Positions 40,861-49,692 of a stretch of DNA of 64,000 nucleotides are shown piece by piece (the first letter of the stretch is position 1; each line of letters begins with the position of its first letter). Under the pieces are notes generated by a model. The model saw nothing but the letters and a program-made list of their open reading frames with translations, had not been told where the DNA came from and did not search any database. Source of the stretch: Candidatus Obscuribacteraceae bacterium (GTDB taxonomy: Bacteria > Cyanobacteriota > Vampirovibrionia > Obscuribacterales > Obscuribacteraceae). Position numbers and translations under genes: made by a program. The DNA lies in NCBI GenBank assembly GCA_044226015.1, contig JBGAHS010000008.1, positions 96,001 through 160,000 on the forward strand. The letters are read 5' to 3'.

Positions 40861-43800
40861 AGGCTCCTCTGTTATTTGAAAGCATGGCTATGGCTGCCGC
40901 TGTTTTTAATACATGAGTCTTTAAATACTTGTTTTCTCTAACATTTAAGACTCTCCTCAAAGTCTTTTCTCCCATTAGAAGAGATGGAATACTCAACTCA
41001 GCGATATGTAAGTCGCCTTTGAGCGTTCGTTCCTGTCTAATAGAAGTCGAGCCACCTGGGGGCTTTGAGAACAACATGTGCCCAGGGTTTAGACAAACCT
41101 GCATTCCCCCTATCTTTACTTTTACACTGTCTCTAGATTGGTCAGCTAAATTACAAACTGAAATTCCGATTGGACTAGCACAAATTTGCAAAAAGCTGCC
41201 ACCTTTAACGGAGAGTTTTACCCTGCTGCCGACATAGATCTCCTGGTTTCTTTTTGCATAAAAGTAGAATGTGCCGTTTTCAAAGTGAGTGCCCTGACGC
41301 CGATGATGGAAAGCTCTTGCATGTAAATCCTCAGTCCAGATCTGGAGCCTATCATCGTCCAGATTATATAGCTTAGAATCATAAACGAATTCCGAAAATG
41401 CAATGGGGATTGCATCGAATGCACCAACTTGGCTTCCGTTTTTTAGAACAAATGATTGAAGCTGATTGGCATCAAAGACTACCTGCCTGTTGAGTCCATT
41501 CAGAAAATTTGTGCTCCCAACCCCGGTAACTACCGGCTTACTGTTCCCTTTCGAGTCTGTTTTGGTTCCCCATAAAACCGTTCCTTGAACCACGATGTTA
41601 TCTTGATTTGTAGCCAAGCTTGTATTTGAACCTTGCTGTCCAGCTATACCGAAATACACGTTCCCTTTGTTATCTTCGCCAGCTCCGACAGCATTGACGA
41701 CAGACGCATCCAAAGAAACTCTGGTGCCAGCGATAATTTCAAGATTACCTCGCACTGTATTGATCTGCGATTTCGAGGCGCTCAGAAGCGCAGCCGCAGA
41801 AATAACTGTATCTCCTCCCGCAAGAATGCTTCCATTAGCAAAACGAATGTTTCCGTTTAAGGAATCAATCACAGCCGGACCCGACAATGATACAGGTCCA
41901 GCAATCCTCATATCGCCAAAACCGGCGGATTCTAGCCTCAAAGATGCACCAGCATTGAGGCGGGCTACACTGCTGCTGCTACTTGTGTTATAGACATAAA
42001 CATTTCCTCCAGTACCAACACTGCCATCTTGAGAGAGTCCACCTCGACCGGTACTTACATCGATCACTTTCGCATCAACGACGTATGGAGCATAAAACGG
42101 CAAAGTCGTAAAGTCAAATTCGATGCCACCTAGAGTGCCCGACAAAGGAACATGAGCTAACGGTTGTCCGACCGTTAAGGTTCCGCCATGGACATTTCCT
42201 GAAGTGGAAGTTAAAATCAATCGCCCTGTTGATATGTAATTGCTTGCGTTGATAATGTCCCCACTCAATGCGGTTTCTATTTCAATGCTTGCTGATGACT
42301 TAATACCATTAGAAGTAATGGTAGTTTGCAGGACATCGGAAGCGCTCAAGGTCTTAAGAGAAACTTCCGACAGAGCATCCTTTGCTCCTGTTCCCAAAGG
42401 AAGGGGGAGATCAATTGATCCGTAAGAAACTAAATTCAACACGCCCACCACACCACCATTAGTCCGAAGCTCAGTATTTCCCTTGTTCTCAACATAAAAA
42501 ATTCCACTGAATGATACCTCCAATCTGAGAGCACTTCCTTCAGTTTGAATAGGGAAGCGGCCCAGTCCTATACTACCTTCAGCAGACAACGTGATTGAAT
42601 TGCTTTGTAACTGTGGCAATCTTGTAACCGGTCCATATTCAAGAATGTTTGTCTTAGCAGTGATGCTAATTGAATTTCCTTGAAGATTCGCACCGAATCT
42701 TACGGAGGGAGGGCGGCTCGTTCCATCCAAAGCACCTGTCTGATTTATGTCTAATTTTTGCGCTCTAACTGAAGTAAAATTAGAGCCAAGAGCACTGGAA
42801 GCGGCTGGCTCTTTGCCTGGCTGGAAGCCAAGATTTAAGCTGCCAGCTGACAGAGTAACCGTTCCAACTGAATCCAGCAAAACCTTGTTAGAAGAAGTTG
42901 GATCTGATACTAGATTAAGTGTGAATACAACCCCTTGCTGAGGTATCTCTGAAATCCTTATTTCATTGCTGCTAGCATGGGAAACATCAATAGAAGTGGC
43001 ATTTCCTCCAAACTCTAGATTTATTGAAGAGGGCGCGTCGACATATATCGAACCTATAATCCGTCCTTGAAGATTAGCTTTTAAACTCGAAGCACCATTG
43101 AGTTGCAGTTTTGCAGAATTGATGGTTTCATCTTTTGTATTTACCGATGCGCATTGAATTGTTGTTGAGTTAGCAAGAATTGCTCCATTTATATCAACCC
43201 GCCCTGACTGCAAAGGAGTATTCAATGTTATTTGTGCTCCTAGCGCGTCCTTATTGACCCCCCGAGCATTTAGAGAAGAGCCCACGTCTATAGTGATATT
43301 TCCTCCAGAATCTACATCTATCAATCCGTCATTACCGTTTGCCGAAATTTCTGAGGAATTAGTTACCAAATCAGCTCCTTTAGAAACAAGCTTGACCCAG
43401 CCACCTTTAGTTGCAGGACTGTTGTACTTAGACGAGCTTGAAATCGAAGACTGCCCAATGTCCAGTTTTCCTGCAGATTCAATTAGAATGCTAGGTTCCG
43501 TGCGATTAGTCCAGCCACCATCAGCGGTGACAATAAGATTCTTTCCTTCTCCACCTAAGTTGAGATCTTGTCCACTACTTAAGGAGCGAATTATGACTGT
43601 TCCGCCCGGGTTATTTGAAACGCTATCAGCAAAGATTTCAACTTGCCCGTCTTGCTGAATCGTAGACGCCTCAAGCTTAATAAAACCAAGCTTCGAAGAC
43701 TCAATTCTGAATCCATCAAGGGTTAGCTTGCCTTGAGGTGAGCTAATATTGACCTTGCCTCCTGTACCGGCTACACCAGTTATTGAACCATTCTTTAGCT

Positions 43801-46800
43801 CTAAATCGGCAGTTGATGAGATAGACACATCACCAGCGGTGCGTCGGTTTGTACTACTCACATCTACAACAAGATTGTGCACTATGATACCTTGCCCTGG
43901 AATTGACTCCTTCACAAGAACATTGCTTGTGCCACCACTACCATCAACGGCTCTCAATAATGTCGCCGCAAGGTCAAGATTCCGAACCAAGAGCGTTATG
44001 TTTCCACCTCCCAAGCTGGTTCCAGTGTAGTTGCTGTCTGCGGTGATACTGCCAACTCCCGTAGCACTCACCACTGCCATATCAACATTCTGCGCCGCAA
44101 GTATTAAGTTGCTATCTTGCTGATTTGCAATAACACTCTCGGTATTAAGCACTATTTTTCCTTGCTGACTTCCAGTCGAAATCAAATACTCTGAACCTAT
44201 AGAGATTGAACCTAAAAACGGATTTTCGCTTGAACCGGTAAGAAGCGAGACAGCAGCCCCCTCCGCACCCTTGCCGCTCTCAGCCCGAATTTCATTTAGG
44301 ATTACACCAGTAGACGCTGTTAAGAATTCAAGCAAAGGACTTGACAGAGTTATGTTTCCCGCGTTCGAATTCTTTCCAACTGCAGACGATATCAAGGAAC
44401 CTGAACTTAGTTCTATTTTTGCGGAGCCGTTCAGGTATATTGCACCACCATGTGCACCTATTAGCGACGCGCCGGCTTCTGTTGAAATCACACCATTTCT
44501 AATCACGGTTGAAGCCGTGCTTACATTCAGCTGACCACCATTACCACGTATACCACCCCTCAAAGAAATTACGAGATTCCCAATGCCTTCAACGCTCAAA
44601 GCGCTGGCTGTGATACTGAGTTCTCCACCGTTTCCCTTACTTGCAGGCGCCCCGCTCAAATCAAGTGCGGGCAGCTCGCCCGCCACAAAACTAACACTCT
44701 GCGTCGTGCTTAGGCGCACGTTGGTGCCACTGCCAGCAGTGACACCGTTGCCTCTAATCGCTGCAGACAAGATACGAATGTCTTGCGCAGATTGAATGTT
44801 GACGCCCTCAAGCACATTCGTTGAACTTGACTGAGCAGAAACCGAGATACAACCATTTTGAAATTGCCGGTTGTCTGCAAAGAGAATCTCTCCAGGCTCC
44901 GATTTATTCACGATCAAATTTGCATTTCCGCTACCGGCTTTGTTTCTACCGTCTATTTCCAAGTATAGATAGCCCAAGCTCATAGCAAGATCACCAACGC
45001 CAACTGTAATATTTCCGGCAAACTGTCCCGAGCCACTGCCAGAGGCTGAGAGTCTTACATATGATGACTCTGCGCTTGCACTGTCAGTGTTTTGCATGGT
45101 AGCCACATTAAAATCAATGCTTCCTCCCGATGCATTCTTATTTCCATCCACGATTGCACTCAGACTTCCAGATCCCACCCCTAGCGTCGTACTTGCACTC
45201 AAAGTAATTCGTCCGCCAACACCGCTATTCGAATCAGCAGACAAAATTAGATCACCATCCAGCATAATCTTATGAAAGTTAAAATGAATCGAATTGGAAC
45301 CGTCACCAGTCTTCGAATCGACAGTGATGATGCTGGTCTTCCCCTTTTCCAGAACATACTCAGAACCAGATATCACGACAGTTCCCCCTTGAGCTCCATC
45401 ACCATTAATGATGGCACCACCGCCGTCCACGATACGGTCCCCACTTATTGTAATAGTTCCACCGACTCCACCAATGGTGTTTTTGGCATTTATGGCACTA
45501 TCTACAAAAAATACCTGTGTTGTTCCGGTAATCGAAATCTGTCCTCCAAGACCTTTTGAAGAATTTGCATTAAATTGTGATTGATGAGTTGTTGAACCTA
45601 GCAACAACTCATTTGAATTTAGGGCAATTGCACCTCCAGACCCCGACTGCACAGCGTTAGCAGAAATGTCCCCTTTCATGGTCAATATTTCGCTAACCAC
45701 TAGCGAAACTTTTCCACCGGAACCGTCTACATCCGCTGAAGGCAAAGCACTCGCTTCAAGGATGGTTTGCTCTGACACCAGGAGGTTCATCTTTTCATTG
45801 ACAGACAGTGTTCCACCATTCTTTCCCGTCACACTAAACCGCGTCGGCGATAGTGCACCAAAATCGCTGGAACCAGAAGAATTGGCGATTGTAATTGTCC
45901 CGCCATTTCCGCCTCCAGCGCCTTTCGCAAAAAAGTTTCCATTTAGAAACATCACTGGATTGTTCTGAGTCTCTATTGGCAGCAGTTGCTCCGCTTGAAT
46001 GATGGAAATAGTACCTCCAGAACCGTCTAACCGCGCACTTGCATTGATAGAACTTGTTCTTAAATTGAGGCTTCCATTAGACCATATATCAATGTTGCCT
46101 CCATCTCCCTGTGCGGAGCCGCCGCGGGCGAACAACGAATACTTTGCAGTATCATCTCCTATGAAGATACTGGCGCTGCCATCAGGAGTGCCTGCCGGGA
46201 CTCTCTCAGCGCGTAAGTTGATTGTGCCTCCAGTCCCGTTAGTGCCAGCATCAGCAGTCACGTTACCATTCAGGTAAAGGCTTCCGTTGCTCGAAATCGG
46301 ACCTGAAAATGATGCAACGGACGCTAAGGCACCTATTCCGCCGCCATCATCTCCCTCGGTGAAATAGGAATTCAAGATGACACGACCGCCATCCCCAGCT
46401 CCCTTTCCATCGGCATGAAGACTACCATTAACAACAAGGTCTCCAGTGAAGGTTGAGTTAGCCATTTTTCCAGCAGACAGCACAAGTGTTCCACCAAGTC
46501 CTTGTTCGCCCCGCACACTTACGTTCAAGGCTGAACCGTTTATTATCAAATCACCTCCCGACTGAATAGCGATATTGCCACCATTTCCGCCGAGCAGACC
46601 GGACCTAGCATATACCTGCGAAACATTGGAACCGGCACCACCTACAGTGAATTGGCTTTTGCCGTTGATTAGAAAAATGCTGCCACCACTTCCCTCGCCT
46701 TTACCATCAACATTCAACGCACCTTTTACAGATAAGGTTCCATCAAATGTCGAATTATTACCATTTGGGTCACCTTGCATTCCAGCTACAAACACTAAAT

Positions 46801-49267
46801 TGCCACCATCACCGGTTTCGCCGCGGGCAGCAGCAGCTACAGCATTTGCATTTACAGTCAAACTGCCGCCAGATTCAACAAAAATACTTCCACCGTTTCC
46901 AGCACTATTGCCAGACTGAGCGCTAACGGAGGAAACACCTCCTAAAACACCCAACACGAAGTCATTCTGACCATTAACAAGAGTAATGGTACCGCCATTG
47001 CCATTACCATTTCCATCGGCATTCAGTGGGCCAACCACAACAAGTTTGTTGTTTGGGTCTAGCGAGCTTGCATCGAGGGTTATGGCACCACCATTACCGT
47101 TAATACCGGCAGTAACTGAAAATCTATCACTAGAGATAGACAATCCGGAACCAGATTTGATGAAAACTGCACCACCATCGCCAGATTCGCCACCATTTGC
47201 ACTTAATTGCACTTTAGATGTAGCAACAGCTAAACTTTCGTTGCCCACTAACTTAATTCCACCACCGCTTCCCGTTCCCAAGCCATTACAGCTTATTGCT
47301 AGTTCACTTGCAACCAAAGTCTGAGCGTAAATGTTAACCGAACCTCCTTGTCGATCGACATGCTCAGCATCTCCATTGACGGTTACGTTGCCTAGGTCAA
47401 TAGTGCCATTAGCCGCCGAAAGTTCTAGATAACCAGAAGAGCACGTTATCTGACCACCGGTATACGAAATATTTCCTGCAAGGGAAGTCGCGTTGAAATA
47501 GGAACCAAACCCCAGGGAATTTGGCGCCGAAATATTTCCAATATTTATGTTTCCAATCGAGAAGATTAAGGTTGAGGCTGAACTAACAACAATAGAACCA
47601 ATGGAAATAGTACTTCCCTGAATTCTATTATCAGATTGATAAAAACCATCAAACACCCTCCCTGCATTACTAATTGAACCAATCTTTACTCCGTCTTTGG
47701 CCAGAACCCACATTCGTCCGCCAGCTCCTAAGAGGCTATCTGCGGTTATTGAACCACCGCCTGCATCCAGCAAAGTGTCTCGGGCGCCAATAATACTAGC
47801 AATGTTTATATCGCCAGGGTTTGTCCCGGGTTGATGAAGATCACCAATAAGATCGCCGCCTGCTCTAACAGATACCGTTCCTTCAGGGCTCGAAATCGTA
47901 TTCGCAGTGACGCTATGCTTGGCGAACAATCCAACTGAAAAATCGATTAGCCCCTGTGCTTCTCCATTTGGTGGGAAATAGCTAGGTTTATAGCTAGAGG
48001 AAATGCTAGCAGGAACGACTAGATTACCACCATTCGCATCTAGCGAAATTGTTCCTTTGGAGGTGATCGAAGTGATACCACTCAGGTCAATATTTCGGCC
48101 TGCCTCATAAATTATGTCGCCAAAACCACCGACTATCTGGGTACACGAGATATTTATGATATCCCGCTCGGAAAGCACGATCAGTGGAGCGTTGGTGTTG
48201 CCAGTCTTTTCGTCTTTAATCAAAAACACGTCAAGACCGCTATGAATGATTGGGTCTCCGGTAAGTCTAAATTCTCCCAGGTTCAGGGAGCTATTTGCAG
48301 TTACAGCGACGTCCCCCCCGTATATGTCCAAAATGGGCAGGCTAATGTCATTAACGGAGACTGTAATAATGCCGTCGCCAGAATTGATCACCAGATTCTT
48401 AGCAAAGAAGTCACCACCGATAATATCAGTATTAAACTTATCGACAAAGGATGCATCTCTAAAATTGATGGCTCCGTTGAGCGCTTGTACTATTCCATTT
48501 GTGTTATTAAGTAAGATGGATTGGACCGAACCAGCACTTACGTTTGCGAATGTAACATTCGCCTGAGCACTACTGATGGTGCCTGAGTTAATCACTTCTG
48601 GAGCAAGAAAGTTAACCGACTGAATTGCTGAAATAGTCGGTCGAACATTAGGGCTGATACCATCCGGCAAGGCATTAATAATCCGCTGAGCAGTTAGGGA
48701 AAGAGCGCCTGAAGAGGAGATTGTTCCAGCATTTAATATGGAATTGGAGGCAATCAATGATAAGGACAGAGAACTATTATATGGAGTGCTTCCCGAAATC
48801 TCTGATGGAGGCAGATGAGTTGAAATGAGAGCGCCAGGAGCGTTGTAAATATTCTGAGCCTTAACAACGACATTGTGTATATTCTGATTTGAGCTTACAA
48901 AATAGAGCGATGATAGATTGACCAGGTTTGATGCGCCCAAGTTAAGTGTCGCATTAGAGAGACTGCTTACATCTATTATTGTGCTCGTCAAATTTGTGGA
49001 ATTGGCGCCGCTGAGAATAGACGCTATCACTGAAGCCGGTATCGTTCCCGGTGGCAGTGTCGTGCCCGCTGGCACCGATGGTGCAGCTTTGAGAATTCTA
49101 TAACTTGCAGGAGAAGGCGCAATAGCTCCTGGTCGAGGAGGTGAAATCGGCGCCGCTAGCGACACATTGTTCAGGAGAACGCTCTGCGCGAGAGATAAAA
49201 CTACAGTCCGTTTTCCCAAAATCCATAGGTTTCCAAATATATGAGCGACTGACCGACGTGCGAGCAT
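40829..49267 (-). CDS. Giant (2812 aa) filamentous-haemagglutinin-like beta-helical surface protein
   Basis: Signal-peptide-like N-terminus; hundreds of G/S/N/I/T-rich beta strands with recurring A.G.G.GNGG.I.L turns; a compositionally distinct C-terminal ~200-aa domain; no terminal beta-barrel. Confidence 0.8.
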   Translation of the reverse strand: MLARRSVAHIFGNLWILGKRTVVLSLAQSVLLNNVSLAAPISPPRPGAIAPSPASYRILKAAPSVPAGTTLPPGTIPASVIASILSGANSTNLTSTIIDVSSLSNATLNLGASNLVNLSSLYFVSSNQNIHNVVVKAQNIYNAPGALISTHLPPSEISGSTPYNSSLSLSLIASNSILNAGTISSSGALSLTAQRIINALPDGISPNVRPTISAIQSVNFLAPEVINSGTISSAQANVTFANVSAGSVQSILLNNTNGIVQALNGAINFRDASFVDKFNTDIIGGDFFAKNLVINSGDGIITVSVNDISLPILDIYGGDVAVTANSSLNLGEFRLTGDPIIHSGLDVFLIKDEKTGNTNAPLIVLSERDIINISCTQIVGGFGDIIYEAGRNIDLSGITSITSKGTISLDANGGNLVVPASISSSYKPSYFPPNGEAQGLIDFSVGLFAKHSVTANTISSPEGTVSVRAGGDLIGDLHQPGTNPGDINIASIIGARDTLLDAGGGSITADSLLGAGGRMWVLAKDGVKIGSISNAGRVFDGFYQSDNRIQGSTISIGSIVVSSASTLIFSIGNINIGNISAPNSLGFGSYFNATSLAGNISYTGGQITCSSGYLELSAANGTIDLGNVTVNGDAEHVDRQGGSVNIYAQTLVASELAISCNGLGTGSGGGIKLVGNESLAVATSKVQLSANGGESGDGGAVFIKSGSGLSISSDRFSVTAGINGNGGAITLDASSLDPNNKLVVVGPLNADGNGNGNGGTITLVNGQNDFVLGVLGGVSSVSAQSGNSAGNGGSIFVESGGSLTVNANAVAAAARGETGDGGNLVFVAGMQGDPNGNNSTFDGTLSVKGALNVDGKGEGSGGSIFLINGKSQFTVGGAGSNVSQVYARSGLLGGNGGNIAIQSGGDLIINGSALNVSVRGEQGLGGTLVLSAGKMANSTFTGDLVVNGSLHADGKGAGDGGRVILNSYFTEGDDGGGIGALASVASFSGPISSNGSLYLNGNVTADAGTNGTGGTINLRAERVPAGTPDGSASIFIGDDTAKYSLFARGGSAQGDGGNIDIWSNGSLNLRTSSINASARLDGSGGTISIIQAEQLLPIETQNNPVMFLNGNFFAKGAGGGNGGTITIANSSGSSDFGALSPTRFSVTGKNGGTLSVNEKMNLLVSEQTILEASALPSADVDGSGGKVSLVVSEILTMKGDISANAVQSGSGGAIALNSNELLLGSTTHQSQFNANSSKGLGGQISITGTTQVFFVDSAINAKNTIGGVGGTITISGDRIVDGGGAIINGDGAQGGTVVISGSEYVLEKGKTSIITVDSKTGDGSNSIHFNFHKIMLDGDLILSADSNSGVGGRITLSASTTLGVGSGSLSAIVDGNKNASGGSIDFNVATMQNTDSASAESSYVRLSASGSGSGQFAGNITVGVGDLAMSLGYLYLEIDGRNKAGSGNANLIVNKSEPGEILFADNRQFQNGCISVSAQSSSTNVLEGVNIQSAQDIRILSAAIRGNGVTAGSGTNVRLSTTQSVSFVAGELPALDLSGAPASKGNGGELSITASALSVEGIGNLVISLRGGIRGNGGQLNVSTASTVIRNGVISTEAGASLIGAHGGAIYLNGSAKIELSSGSLISSAVGKNSNAGNITLSSPLLEFLTASTGVILNEIRAESGKGAEGAAVSLLTGSSENPFLGSISIGSEYLISTGSQQGKIVLNTESVIANQQDSNLILAAQNVDMAVVSATGVGSITADSNYTGTSLGGGNITLLVRNLDLAATLLRAVDGSGGTSNVLVKESIPGQGIIVHNLVVDVSSTNRRTAGDVSISSTADLELKNGSITGVAGTGGKVNISSPQGKLTLDGFRIESSKLGFIKLEASTIQQDGQVEIFADSVSNNPGGTVIIRSLSSGQDLNLGGEGKNLIVTADGGWTNRTEPSILIESAGKLDIGQSSISSSSKYNSPATKGGWVKLVSKGADLVTNSSEISANGNDGLIDVDSGGNITIDVGSSLNARGVNKDALGAQITLNTPLQSGRVDINGAILANSTTIQCASVNTKDETINSAKLQLNGASSLKANLQGRIIGSIYVDAPSSINLEFGGNATSIDVSHASSNEIRISEIPQQGVVFTLNLVSDPTSSNKVLLDSVGTVTLSAGSLNLGFQPGKEPAASSALGSNFTSVRAQKLDINQTGALDGTSRPPSVRFGANLQGNSISITAKTNILEYGPVTRLPQLQSNSITLSAEGSIGLGRFPIQTEGSALRLEVSFSGIFYVENKGNTELRTNGGVVGVLNLVSYGSIDLPLPLGTGAKDALSEVSLKTLSASDVLQTTITSNGIKSSASIEIETALSGDIINASNYISTGRLILTSTSGNVHGGTLTVGQPLAHVPLSGTLGGIEFDFTTLPFYAPYVVDAKVIDVSTGRGGLSQDGSVGTGGNVYVYNTSSSSSVARLNAGASLRLESAGFGDMRIAGPVSLSGPAVIDSLNGNIRFANGSILAGGDTVISAAALLSASKSQINTVRGNLEIIAGTRVSLDASVVNAVGAGEDNKGNVYFGIAGQQGSNTSLATNQDNIVVQGTVLWGTKTDSKGNSKPVVTGVGSTNFLNGLNRQVVFDANQLQSFVLKNGSQVGAFDAIPIAFSEFVYDSKLYNLDDDRLQIWTEDLHARAFHHRRQGTHFENGTFYFYAKRNQEIYVGSRVKLSVKGGSFLQICASPIGISVCNLADQSRDSVKVKIGGMQVCLNPGHMLFSKPPGGSTSIRQERTLKGDLHIAELSIPSLLMGEKTLRRVLNVRENKYLKTHVLKTAAAIAMLSNNRGAYAKKVESEGK

Positions 49268-49692
49268 TTGGCTGACCCCCGTTAACCAAAACTTGCCAAC
49301 AAAAGCTCCTGGAGCGCAACCCTACTTGGCTGACTCACAGGAAACATTCATAGTAAAAACATCATACCCTTTGAGTAGCTCGGAGCGTTTGACACTAAAC
49401 GTCTCCCAGCAGACTGAAATAAGTGTCCAGCAAAGGGAACACCAATTTTCGGCATCCCGAGAATTTTATGTGAAATTTTGAGGACTTGTCATTTCTTGAA
49501 GGTTAATACGCTATTTCGTGTAACTCTTACAATCATTCAAGTTTCCATTCCGCACTCAACGCAGGAGAAGAGAACAAAGGATAGATTTTAGGAAAATAAG
49601 ACTCTGGTTGTGCAACATGTTCCAGATAAAACCGACCTTGAGCAACCGATTTGGCGCCTATGAAACTTGAGCAAGAACCTTCATCAGAATGT

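Noticed and set aside
40929..49103. Many 60-134 aa plus-strand ORFs within the giant gene (and similar ones inside other CDSs)
   Set aside because: Antisense shadow ORFs caused by codon bias; no RBS or family motifs.
39055..49267. CdiA/CdiI contact-dependent inhibition pair
   Set aside because: No CdiB, no VENN/pre-toxin motif, no recognisable toxin domain, and the downstream gene is 601 aa with Sel1-like repeats.
39028..49692. Mobile element boundaries around the adhesin block
   Set aside because: No transposase, integrase or tRNA; only a short CTTGAGCA match near both ends, which is expected by chance.
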